NCBI RefSeq assembly: GCF_902713615.1
Contig: NC_052149.1
Coordinates: forward strand, 234,272,069 to 234,336,068
Direction of reading: 5' to 3'
DNA: 64,000 nt
From: Scyliorhinus canicula
Lineage: Eukaryota
The notes under the pieces were generated by a model. The model did no database searches and was not told where the DNA came from. It saw nothing but the letters and a program-made list of their open reading frames with translations. Positions 35,422 through 47,670 of this stretch are shown here, piece by piece (the first letter of the stretch is position 1; each line of letters begins with the position of its first letter). Made by a program: the position numbers and the translations under genes.

Positions 35422-38400
35422 AGAACATAGAACATAGAACAGTACAGAACAGTACAGACCTGCCGGCCCACGATGTTTTGGCAAACATTTATCCTAATCT
35501 AAGATCAACCTAACTACACCCCTTCAATTTACTGCTGCCCATGTACCTGTCCACGAGCCTCTACCACCTCCCCTGGCAGTGCATTCCACACACCCACTAC
35601 TCTCGATGAAAAGAACCTACCTCTGACACCTCCTCTATAACTTCCTCCAATCACCTTCAAATTATGTCCCCTCATGACAGCCATTTCCGCATTGGGGAAA
35701 AGTCTCTGCCTGTTCACTCTATCCATGCCTCTCATCACCTTGAAAACCTCTATCATGTCACCTCTCTTCCTTCTTCGCTCCAGTGAGAAAACCCCTAGTG
35801 CCCTCATCCTTTGTTCATAAGACATGACCTCCAGTCCAGGCAGCATCCTGGTAAATCGCCTCTGCACCCTCTCCAAAGCATCCACATCCTTTCGATAATG
35901 AGGCGACTAGAACTGACACAATATTCCAAGTGTGGTCGAACCAGGGTTTTATGAAGCTGCAGCAAAACATCGCCACTCTTAAACTCAATCCCCCTATTAA
36001 TGAAAGCAAACACACTATTCGCCTTCTTTTATTTTTAATTTAGCTTACGCAATTCATTGTTTCCAATGAAGGGGCAGTTGCGCATAGCCAATCCACCTAC
36101 CATACACATTTTTAGATTGTGGGGGCGAAACCTACGCAAACACGGGGAGAATGTGCAAACTCCATGTGGACAGTAACCCAAAGCCGAAATCGAACCTGGG
36201 ACCTCAGCACCATGAGGCAGCAGTGCTATTCACTGCACCACTGTGCTGCCCTACCATATCCTTCTGAACAACCTTATCAACCTGGGTGGCAACTTTGAGG
36301 GATCTTTCTACGTGGACCCAAAGATCCCTCAGTTCCATCCACACTTCCAAGATTCCTGCCTTTAATCCTGTATTCAGCATTTTCTGATTGGAGGGCTGTG
36401 ACAGGTGGTGTTCCACAGGGATCAGTGCTGGGACCTTTGCTGTTCGTAGTATATATAAGTGATTTGGAGGAAAATGCAACTATTCTGATTAGTACGTTTG
36501 CAGATGACACAAAGGTTGGTTGAATTGCGGATAGGAATGAGGTCTGTCAGCGGATACAGCACGATTTAGACTGTTTGTAGACTTGGGTAGGGAGATGGCA
36601 GATGGAGTTTAATCCAGACAAATGTGAGGTAATTCATTTTGGAAGGTCTAATGAAGGTAGGGAATAGACAGTGAATGGTAGAACCATCAAGAGTATTGAA
36701 ACGCAGAGAGATCTAGATGTACAGGTGCACAGGTCACTGAAAGGGGCAACACAGGTGGAGAAGGCAGTCAAGAAGGCATACTGCATGCTTGCCTTCATTG
36801 GCCGGGGCATTGAATATAAGAATTGGCAAGTCATGTTGCAGCTGTATAGAACATTAGTTAGGCCATACTTGGTGTATCGTGTTCAATTCTGGTCGCCACA
36901 CTACCAGTAGAATGTAGAGGCTTTAGAGAGGGTGTATAAGTGATTTACCAGAATGTTGCCTGGTATGGAGGGCATTAACTATGAGGAGTGGTTGAATAAA
37001 TTTGGTTTGTTCTCACTGGAACACCGAAGATTGAGGGGCGACCGGATAGAGGTCTACAAAATAATGAGGGGCATAGACAGAATGGATAGTCAGAGGCTCT
37101 TTCCCACGGTAGAGGGGTCAATTACTAGGGGGGATAGGTTTAAGGTGCGAGGGGAAAGGTTGAGAGGAGATGTATGAGGCAAGTTTTTTACACAGAGGTT
37201 AGTGCGTGCCTGGAACTCGCTGCGGAGGAGATGGTGGAAGCAGGGACGATCGTGACATTTAAGAGGCATCTTGAGAAATACATGAATAAGATGGGAATAG
37301 AGGGATATGGACCCAGGAAGTGTAGAAGATTTTAGTTTAGGCGGACAGCATCATCGGCACAGGCTTGGGCGGCCAAAGGGCCTGTTCCTGTGCTGTACTT
37401 TTCCTTCTTCTTTGTTCTTTCTTCTATTCAAGTTTGACATTCCAAAATGAATCACTTCACTTTTATCTAGGTTGAACTCCATCTGCCACTTCTCAGCCCA
37501 GTTCTGCATCCTGTCATGTCCTGTTGTAACCTGCTCCAGCCCTCAACACTATCAACAACTCTACCAAGTTTCGTGTCACCGGCAAACTTACTAACCCATC
37601 CTTCCACTTCCTCATCCAAGTCATTTATAAAAACCAGAAAGTGCAGCGGTCCCAGAACAGATCCATGTGGGACATCACTGGCCAGCGACCTCCAGGCAGA
37701 ATATTTTCCATCCACTACCACTCGCTGTCTTCTTTCTGCCAGCCAATTCTGCATACAGACAGCCGGATCTCCCTGTGTCCTATGCCCCTAACTTTCTGAA
37801 CGAGCCTGCCATGAGGAACCTTCTCAAATGCCTTTCTGAAATCCATATACACCACATCCACTGCCCAACCTTCATAAATGTGTCTCGTCACATCCTCAAA
37901 GAATTCAATGAGGCTCGTGAGGCATGACCTGCCACTCAGAAAACCATGCTACCTTTAATCCAACTATGATTTTCTTAATAATGATAAATCCTATCTCTCA
38001 GACACCTTTCCAATATTTTGCTCACCAGAGACGTAAGACTGACTGTTTTGTTACTCTGGGGATTCCCCTTTTCCCTTTCTTGAACAGGGGAACAACATTT
38101 GCCTCCCTCCATTTATCCAGTACTACTCCAGTGCAGAGTGAGGACGCAAGGAAAATCGCCAATGGCGCGGCAATATCCTCCCTTGCTTCCCGTACTAACC
38201 TTTGGTATATCCCATCAGGCCCAGCGGACTTATCTATCCTGAGGCTTTTCAAAATTTCCAGCACATCCTCTTTCTTAATATCTAACTGTTCGAACCTATT
38301 AACCTGGTTCACAGTGTTCTCACGAGCAACAAGGTCACTCTTTCTCGTAAATTCTGTAGCAAAGTATTTATTTAGGGCCTCCCCTACCTCCTCAGACTTT

Positions 38401-39258
38401 AGGCACATAACTTCCCTCCTCTATCCCTGATCGTTCCTACGCTCACTCTGATCATCCTCATATGTCTCACATTAGTTCGAACGCATTGGGGTTTCCCTAA
38501 TCCTTCCCGCTAGGGCTTTTTCATGTCCCCTTTTAGCTCTCCTAATTCCATATTTGAATTTCTTCCTGGCTACCTTGTTACCCTCTGGAGCCGTACCAGA
38601 TTCTTGCTTCCTCAACCTTACATAAGCTTCCTTCTTCCTCTTGACTAGAAACTCCACTTCTCTTGTTATCCAAGGCTCCTTCCTTTCGTCATTTCCTCCT
38701 TGATTCAGTCGGGAAAAACTATCCAGCACTCGCAGCAAGTGCTCCTTAAACTATCCCACATTACTGTTGTGCTTGTCCCCGAGAACAACTGTTCCAAATC
38801 TATGCTCCTCAGCTTCTGTCTACCAGCAGTATAATTTCTCTTCCCCAATATAAATCCCTTCCCACATTGTCTGCTCCTATCCCTCTCCATTACTATGGTA
38901 AAAGCCAAGCAGTTATGATCACTGTCACCCAAATGCTCTCCAACCGAGATATCTGACACCTGGCCTGGTTCGCTGCCAAGCATGAAATCCAATATGGCCT
39001 CCACCCTACTCGGCCTATCTACATTTTGAATCAGGAATCCTTCCTGTGCACACCTGACAAAACCTGCTCCACCCAAACCATTTGCACCAATGAGGCTCCA
39101 GTCAATATTAGGGAAGGTGAGGACCCCCATGACAACAACTCTGTTACTTTTACGCCTTTCCGAGATCTGCCGCCAAATCTGTTCCTCCATCTCTCTGCTG
39201 CTATTGGTTGGTCGACAGAAAACTCCCAATAAAGTGACTGCTCCTGTCTTGTTTTCTA
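35422..39258 (-). mobile_element. Nested CR1 complex: - strand CR1 interrupted by a V-SINE (~36030-36250) and a + strand CR1 (~36380-37420)
   Basis: agaacatagaacatag tail; RT and endonuclease fragments on both strands. Confidence 0.88.
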
Positions 39259-39668
39259 AATGGAGTTAGAAAACATAACTCTATGCAGAAGAAATCAGCA
39301 GTTAGTGTTGTTGCAACAGTGATTGAGGAAAAGATATTAAAGTGAACGCATGTCGGAAACAATTACGTGTTGCAACAGAGAGTGATTGTATTGTTGGTAT
39401 TCAGAAGGAACATATTAAATGGACATTATTTTAAAATATGGGGTTGCATTATTATCTATCGGGTAGGAAACGTCAAAAGTTCAAGTGAACTCACATTTCA
39501 AAGCATGGACAATAACCTGAAAGAGAAATTCTATAAAATAGATTGAGCAGAGGCCTGGAAAATAGTGTGGATATTATAGTTGCACACCATTAAAAGTCTC
39601 ATTACGATGACTACCATTCCAGGAACAGCTCAGCTTTAAGGATTTCTGGTGTCGTTATTGACAGGATC

Positions 39669-39694
39669 CGCGTTGTGTCGCTGTCCACCAATAA
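39669..39694 (+). promoter_or_regulatory. CSE of G2
   Basis: Identical 26-mer, 256 bp upstream of ATG. Confidence 0.85.
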
Positions 39695-39924
39695 AAATCA
39701 GAAATGGGCGAGAGATCCATCTTTGAAGGGGAGCACAATCACAGAAAATCGGAATAGGTTGGCTGCGCTCAGATAGTGCGTCCACTTAACGAAGGCCAGA
39801 GCGAAATAGTTCGTAAATTCGACAGTACAAGATACTGGAAGGCTGATTAACAGCACGAAAGTGGTCAGAGTCACCGACTGCAAACCGATATTTGTGCTTT
39901 TGTGAGCTTTCCCGTCCGGTAACA

Positions 39925-42321
39925 ATGGCTGACTCACAAAGCAACAACGCCTGGAAATTCATGGTGATGGTTTCTGTTGTATTGATTTGTGCACTGGATG
40001 TGGTTTCTGCGCAGATTCGTTATTCGGTTCCCGAGGAAATGGAGCAAGGTGCTGTAATTGGTAATATTGCTGAAGATTTGGGGCTGAATATTGCAACATT
40101 GTCAGGTCAGAAAGGTCGGCTGGTCACTGACTACACAGAACGCTATTTGGAAGTAGATTTGGAAAATGGCTTGTTGTTTGCCAATGAGAGAATAGACAGG
40201 GACAAGCTTTGTGGACCAATCACCACATGTGTTCTCTCCTTCCAAATAGTGTTTGAAAATTCTCCAGAGATGTACCGCGGTGAAGTGGAGATTCTTGATA
40301 TAAATGATAATTCGCCCAGTTTCCCGGAGAGCGTCAATCTCTTACGAATGGCCGAAACCATGGCGCCAGGCTCCAGCTTTCCGCTAGAGAGCGCTCTCGA
40401 TCCAGACGTTGGAACAAATGCAGTCGCTGATTACAATATCAGCCCCAATGAGCACTTCGGTCTAAAAGTGGAGATTGCAGAGGACGGTACTAAAATTGTC
40501 GAGTTGTTATTGGAGAAACCGTTGGATCGCGAAGTGCACTCATCCTTTCAGCTGATGCTGACGGCCACTGACGGAGGGAGTCCTCCCAGATCTGGGACCG
40601 CTCGGATTCTCATCACTGTGCTGGACAGCAACGACAATGCCCCTGCGTTCGATAGCAAGACCTACAAGGTCAGCCTGATAGAAAACTCACCCAGAGGTAC
40701 CTTGGTGGTTTCAGTCCATGCCACTGATCCAGACGAAGGTTCGAACGCGGAGGTAACTTATTCTTTCAGAAACCGCGTTTCACGAAAAATGCAGGAACTG
40801 TTTAGTTTGGATCCTCGAACAGGAGAGATTCGTGTTCAGGGCATAATTGATTATGAAGGAGCAAGCACTTATTCACTTGATGTTCAAGCTGTAGACAATG
40901 GTTCACCGGCAATTGCAGGACATTCTAAAGTGTTTATTAACGTAATAGATGTCAATGATAACGCCCCTGGGATAAAAGTGACCATAGTGTCTAGCAGGGT
41001 ACCAGAGAATGCTGCCCCCGGGACTGTGACAGCACTCGTCAATGTAATCGACCGAGATTCTGGGAAAAATGGGCAGGTGTACTGCGAAATCCAGAACAGC
41101 GTTCCCTTTAAACTTCAAACATCTTCGAGTGGTCATTACAAAGTGATAACCAGTGACACGTTGGACCGTGAAACCACCCCTCTGTACAACATAGCTATTT
41201 TAGCCAGGGACTCGGGGTTACCTCCACTATCAACAAATAAAACAATTCAGATAACGGTTTCTGATATAAACGATAACGCCCCAAGGTTTGCTCGACCCAT
41301 GGACACAGTGTATGTGATGGAGAACAACGCTCCCGGTGCTTCCATTTTCGCAGTGACTGCTTTCGACCCTGATCAGGATCAGAACTCCTACGTCTCTTAC
41401 TCTTTCATAGACAACCTTATTCAAGAGTTAACATTGTCAAATTACCTCATTCTTAATTCGATGAACGGGACCATTTACGCGCTACGCTCTTTTGACTACG
41501 AGCGAGTTAAAAACTTCCAGATTCAAGTCCAAGCCCGAGACGCTGGCGTTCCCCCTCTGAGCAGCAGCGCAACATTGAATGTGATCATCCTGGATCAGAA
41601 TGACAACGCTCCGGTAATTGTTTCTCCTTCAGTACAGAGCGGATCAGCAGGAGTGGAAGTTGTGCCTCAGTCAGCGGGCCAGGGGTACTTGGCCACCAAG
41701 ATAATCGCAACTGATGCTGATTCCGGTCAGAATGCACGGCTCCTCTATCAGATGCTGAAAGCCACTGACCCCAGTTTGTTCATCGTGGGGCTTAATTCTG
41801 GAGAAATCAGAACAGCCCGAGGAATTTTGGAGCAGGATTCTACCACCCAGAGCCTTGTGATCTTGGTGAAGGATAATGGACAGCCGAGTCTTTCCAGCAC
41901 GGCTACAATCCACTTTTCAATCTCGGGCAATGTTACTGAAATCTTCTCCGAACGTAGCAACTTAGTGACAAATCCTGAATATGTCTCTGATACAAATCTT
42001 TATTTAATTGTCATTTTAGGCTCAACTTCCTTTATATTTCTTGTAACCATCATTTTGCTGATTGGCATCAAGTGTAAACAGGACAGAAATACTCCTGAAG
42101 ACTACAACTCCCCAAGTTGTTGCTCTGGACTGGACGATTCTAAAAATTCCTTTAATCTGAGACCCACACTGAAAGAATCTTTAAATTATACTGGAGCTGG
42201 AGAAAATATTCGCATCCCCGACGCGCATCATTATTCAGTTTGTCTGTCTCCTGAATCAGCAAAAAGCGATTTTCTGTTTTTGAAACCCTACACACCGCCC
42301 ATGTCTCAGGACCAATATTAA
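39925..42321 (+). CDS. Clustered protocadherin gene G2 (798 aa), probable G3/G1 chimera
   Basis: Same architecture as G1; true ATG at 39925 (track start 39892 is a TTG). Confidence 0.96.
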   Translation: MADSQSNNAWKFMVMVSVVLICALDVVSAQIRYSVPEEMEQGAVIGNIAEDLGLNIATLSGQKGRLVTDYTERYLEVDLENGLLFANERIDRDKLCGPITTCVLSFQIVFENSPEMYRGEVEILDINDNSPSFPESVNLLRMAETMAPGSSFPLESALDPDVGTNAVADYNISPNEHFGLKVEIAEDGTKIVELLLEKPLDREVHSSFQLMLTATDGGSPPRSGTARILITVLDSNDNAPAFDSKTYKVSLIENSPRGTLVVSVHATDPDEGSNAEVTYSFRNRVSRKMQELFSLDPRTGEIRVQGIIDYEGASTYSLDVQAVDNGSPAIAGHSKVFINVIDVNDNAPGIKVTIVSSRVPENAAPGTVTALVNVIDRDSGKNGQVYCEIQNSVPFKLQTSSSGHYKVITSDTLDRETTPLYNIAILARDSGLPPLSTNKTIQITVSDINDNAPRFARPMDTVYVMENNAPGASIFAVTAFDPDQDQNSYVSYSFIDNLIQELTLSNYLILNSMNGTIYALRSFDYERVKNFQIQVQARDAGVPPLSSSATLNVIILDQNDNAPVIVSPSVQSGSAGVEVVPQSAGQGYLATKIIATDADSGQNARLLYQMLKATDPSLFIVGLNSGEIRTARGILEQDSTTQSLVILVKDNGQPSLSSTATIHFSISGNVTEIFSERSNLVTNPEYVSDTNLYLIVILGSTSFIFLVTIILLIGIKCKQDRNTPEDYNSPSCCSGLDDSKNSFNLRPTLKESLNYTGAGENIRIPDAHHYSVCLSPESAKSDFLFLKPYTPPMSQDQY

Positions 42322-43011
42322 ATTGTAAAGGTTTCACAACACTGAAACAGGGTGAAATTCATGGCCATCTCTGTTAACTCCGTCCCTGCCGGTTGAATTA
42401 CTGAAACTATTTCCCGACCTTGAAGATCTCTATCATAGAATGAAAGGATCGTTCTTGTCTTGCAACTGTCAAGTGTTGTTCATCAAAAGATATGGTCTAA
42501 AATAAAAGGTTGCATGATACTATCGCGATGTGTCTGAAACTGTCGTCTATTAACTAGGAAGGGAACCCGACAGACGAGTCATTCTCCGAGCTACATAATC
42601 AGGATTGTTTTTAAGGTCCGCTCCAGAATTGATCACGAGACATTGATACCTGAATGTATTCGGATAATTTCCATTCACGGTTTACAATTTGAAATCCCAG
42701 CTTAAGCAATTGGACGGACCTTAACCCCTCATAACGTCGAAAGGGTTAATGGGCGAGCTTTACATTTCATAGCTGGCTCAATCGATTCTTGTGCTGACTT
42801 CCACACAGATGCTCGACTGAAGGTATTTCATAGTGACGCGCGGAATTGGAAATTGGCGCAAAACTACTTTCAAAGTGCCGCATATTAATCTGATAAAGTA
42901 TAATACATTTTCGGACCCTGCATGCACGCATGCAATAGCCGAGAGAAGTAAGCGCCGAAAAATACTGTTTGATCTGCATGATTCACTCCTTTTCTATAAG
43001 TGCGCTAATAT

Positions 43012-44403
43012 AAGAACATAAGAACTAGGAGCAGGAGTCGGCCCTCTGGCCCCTCGAGCCTGCTCCGCCATTCAATGAGATCATGGCTGATCTTTTGTGG
43101 ACTCATCTCCACTTTCCGAACCGAACACCATAACCCTTAATCCCTTCTATCTTTAATGAAGGAGCCTCAAGTGCTTCACTTGGCAAGGAATTCCATAGAT
43201 TCACAACCCTTTGGGTGAAGAAGTTCCTCCTAAACCCAGTCCTAAATCTACTTCCCCTGAAATTGAGGCTATTCCCCCGAGTTCTGCTTTCACCCGCCAG
43301 TGGAAACAACCTGCCTATATCTATCCTATCTATTCCCTTCATAATATTAAATGTTTCTAAGAGACCCCCCCTCAACCTTCTAAATTCCAACGAGTGCAGT
43401 GCCAGTCTACTCAACCTGTCCTCATAATCCAACCCCTTCAGCTCTGGGATTAACCTAGTGAATCTCCTCTGCACACCCTCCAGTGCCAGTACGTCCTTTC
43501 TCAAGTAAGGAGACCAAAATTGAACACAATACTCCAGGTGTAGCCTCACCTTATACAATTGCAACATAACGTCCCTAGTCTTAAACTCCATCCCTCTCGC
43601 AATGAAGGACAAAATTCCATTTGCCTTCTTAATCACCTGTTGCACCTGTAAACCAACTTTCTGTGACTCATGCACTAGCACACCCAGGTTTCTCTGCACA
43701 GCAGCATACTTTAATATTTTATCGTTTAAATAATAATCCCGTTTGCTGTTCTTCCAAACAAAATAGATAACCTCACATTTGTCAACATTGTGTTCCATCT
43801 GCCAGACCCTAGCCCATTCACTTAACCAATCCAAATCCCTCTGCAGACTTACAGTATCCTCTGCACCTTTTGCTTTACCACTCATTTTAGCATGATCTGC
43901 AAACTTGGACACATTGCCCTTGGTCCCCAACTCCAAATAATCTATTTAAATTGTGAACAATTGTGGGCCCAACACGGATCCCTGAGGGACACAACTAGCT
44001 ACTGATTGCCAACCAGAGAAAAACCCATTAAACCCCACTCTTTGCTTTCTATTAATTAAACAACCCTCTATCCATGCTACTACTTTACCCTGAATGCCAT
44101 GCATCTTTATCTTATGCGGCAACCTTTTGTGTGCCACCTTGTCAAAGGCTTTCTGGAAATCCAGATATACCACATCCATTGGCTCCCCGTTATCTACTGC
44201 ACTGGTAATGTCCTCAAAAAATTCCACTAAATTAGTTAGGCACGACCTGCCCTTTATGAACCCATGCTGCGTCTGCCCAATGGGACAATTTCTATCCAGA
44301 TGCCTCGCTATTTCTTCCGTGATGATTGATTCCAGCATCTTCCCTACTACCGAAGTTAAGCTCACTGGCCTATAATTTCCTGCTCTCTGCCTACCTCCTT
44401 TTT
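43012..44403 (-). mobile_element. Relatively young 5'-truncated CR1 (RT)
   Basis: QHGFIKGRSCLTNL, YLDFQKAFDKV, VPQGSVLGP, SKFADH; absent at the homologous site ~31360. Confidence 0.93.
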
Positions 44404-47400
44404 AAAAATATCGTCTGCACTTAAAGAATTTCATAATTTACAACGAATGTACAACACAAAAAACTTGCTTCTGGTCCAGTAGGTCCATATCAGTTTTCCC
44501 CGCCTTCAGTTTTCAAACTTAATCTGGAATACCTTTTCATAAGTACTGCTGGGATGTCCTTTGGTTTAGAACTGGCATTATCCTGATCCTAATTTTTAAA
44601 CAAAAATCATTTCCGGGATGTGGGCGTCGCTGGTTAGGCCAGCAGTTATTGTCCCTCCCTAGTTGCCCTTCAGAAGTTGGTGGTGAGTTGCATTCTTGAA
44701 TCACTGCAGTCCTTCTGTAGTATTATTATTATTATTCAGATGTAGGTACACTCACAGTGCTGTTGGAGGGGGAGTTCTAGGATTTTCGCACAGTGACAGC
44801 GAAGGAACGGCGATATATTTCCAAGAGTGATTTCCGTGAGTGACTTTGAGGGGAACCTCCTGATGGTAGTGTTCCCAGGCATCTTCTGCTCTTGTCCTTC
44901 TAGATGGTAGTGGTCATGGGTTTGGAAGGTGCTGTCTCAGGAACCTTGGTGAGTTACTGCAGTGCATCTTACACGGCTGCCACTGTTCGTCGGTGGTGGA
45001 GGGTTTGGATGTTTGTGGAAGGGGGAGCAATATAGCGTGTGCTTTGGCCTGGATGGTGTTGAGCTTCTTGAGTGTCGAGGTCTACGACAGGCCCTCAGCA
45101 AAGAGAAACAGACTTACCCCTTACAAAAGATGATTTTAAAAAGAATCTGAGCTATTTTTGTCAGAACAAAGCTCAGGGTTGAGGCTTTGCTGTCCATCCC
45201 GCGATTTTCTACCTAGAATAATGAGTTGGACCAAAACCACGCTAATTGGACAAAGCAGCGTATCTATGGTTCAGAGATTATGTAAATGTTTACAATTCAC
45301 TGGTCAGAACGCACGATTCATAACTTGTAACTGAGCTCTACTTGTCCTTGACAGTTGTTGGGACATTCATCTTTTTATTAGCTTTGTGGTGGTGTTATCT
45401 GGCTCCTTCACTTACAAGAAATGTCCCCAGCCGCAGCTCCCATTAGACTGCTTAACGGCTCTGGAGCTGTGGATGCATCCACGATACTGAGGGATTCGTG
45501 GTTAGCACATTTAGTGAGTTGGTCACACCGCAGATAAAGAGTTATGAGGGAGATACGAAATTGGACACTACCAGACAGAGGAAGAGTAAGAAAGCGTCGC
45601 TGGTGTTCCCTGCAGTCATCTCCCTCTAAAACAGGTATACTGCTTTGGTTACAGTTGAGGGAAATGACTCACCAGTGGAAGGCAGCAGTAGCTACGTTCA
45701 TGGCACCGTGGCTGTCTCTGCTGCCCAGGAGGGCAGGAAAAAGTGTGGTAGAGCTATCGTGATAGGGGATTCATTGTAAGGGGGTATACAGGCGTTTCTG
45801 CAGACGCAAACGAGGCTCCAGGAAGGTATGTAGTCTCCCGGGTGCAAGGGTTCTGGATATCTCAGAGGGGCTGCAGGACATCCGAAAGTGGGAGGATGAA
45901 CAGGCAGCTTTCGTTATGCATATTGGCAACAACAATATAGGTAAAAAAAACGGGATGATGTCCTACAAACTGAATTTAGGGAGTTAGGAAATAAACTAAA
46001 AAGTAGGAGCTCAAAAGTAGTAATCTCAGGATTGCCACAAGTGACACGTGCTAGTTACAGTAGGAATGACAGGTTAGATAGGATGACTGTGCGGATTGAG
46101 GAATGATGTCCTGCCACCTTAAGTAACCGATGTATATCAAGGTCCCTCTGATTCTCTGTGCTTCCGGGGGTCCTGCCTTTTATCGTTTGTCACTTGCCTT
46201 GTTACCCTGCCGAAGTGCTTCATCTGACACTTAACTGGATTGAATACTATTTGCCACTGATCAGCCCATCTGAATTCTCGTCTAAACTAAATGTATCTTA
46301 CTCCTATTTACCACTCCGCCAATGTGTGTATCATCTACGAACTTACTGATTAATCCTCCTGCATTCATATCTGAAACATTTATGTAAACCACAAACACAA
46401 AGGGCTCCAAAACTGAACACTCTTTTTAAATAAAGGATAAAATCAACCTCCCCCAAGTCCTTTGGCAATATTTCATTTATTCCATACATTTCTAAAGGTA
46501 TGTAATTGTACTCCTTCCATCCCCTCTAACTGATTAAACTGGCACTGAATACCAAATCCAATCGGAATACGGGTAAAACTCTCACTAAGTTTGATTGTTT
46601 TTTCAATTGTCCCTTTTGTGTCCATGTTAAATGGCTTTTATTTCTTCTCATGTGATGGCACTATCTAAATGACACAATGTCAACGCTCCCTAGTAAATGA
46701 GTAACTGAAACAAAATTATTAAATATTTCGACCATCATTTGTGATTTCATTTACAAAACCACAGGGGCTGTAGGCATCTTTGACAGGCCCAGCATTTATT
46801 ACTCATCCATAACTGGCCTTTAGCGACTTGTTAAGACATTTCAGAGTTCCCCTCAGAGTCAAGCCATTGCAATGGCTCTGCAGCCAAACATAGGCCATAA
46901 GAGGAAGGAAGGCAGTGTCCTTCATGAAGTGAAACACGACGTTTTTATATTGTAAACTCTTAGTTTTCTGACTAACATTATAGATAGTAACGTATTATTC
47001 CAGGTGTGATGAATTATTTGAATTTAAATTCACCTGCCAGAGTGAGATTATTATCCTGGTAAAACATCAACAGTTCCTTTGTGCATCTGTCAGCAACCCT
47101 GCCCCGGTCTTCTGTTTTCTTCTGCTCTGTATCTTTCTGTCAGATACATCATTTATTTGTATGTTCATGGATAATTTAAATTTGCAGTTATTTTTTGTTT
47201 TCAGTCATTTTTGACTAATTCTTTTTTTTACCTGTTCATGTTTCTGTTGACTGTTTTCTCCTGGTTTTCTGTGTACTTAGTGCATGCCTTTGTCTATTGT
47301 TTCAGTTTTACTTGTATTTCATCCAGTCTATTATTTTAGTCTTTGTCTCACTTATATATTTATTCATCCTTTATTTACACCTTATTATTTTATCGTTGTT

Positions 47401-47443
47401 TTTGCTGGGATGGTACTCGATTTTTGTTTTTCTTAACTATTCT

Positions 47444-47670
47444 TTTTTAAAAATAAATTTAGAGTACCCAATTCAATTTTCCAATTAAGGGGCAATTTAG
47501 CATGGCCAATCCACCTAGCCTACGCATCTTTGGGTTGTGGGGGCGAAACCCACGCAAACACGGGGAGAATGTGGAAAATTCACACGGACAGTTAGCCATA
47601 GCCGGGATCGAACCTCTGACCTCAGCGTCGTGAGGCAGCAGGGCTAACCCACTGCGCCACCTTGCTGCCC
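47444..47670 (-). mobile_element. Short V-SINE with A-rich tail and 17-bp TSD
   Basis: TSD tttttcttaactattct at 47427-47443 and 47671-47687; empty site at ~34372. Confidence 0.88.

Larger units (their letters stand above)
30672..39924 (+). repeat. Intergenic segment A, tandem duplicate of 42322-54117
   Basis: Colinear, same nested CR1/SINE relics in the same order; shorter homologue at 56515-61968 and partial homologue at ~23060-28274. Confidence 0.93.

Noticed and set aside
39892-39924. MCFCELS... N-terminal extensions of G2 and G3 in the ORF track
   Set aside because: Begin at TTG; the Kozak-like ATG aligned with G1 is 33 nt downstream
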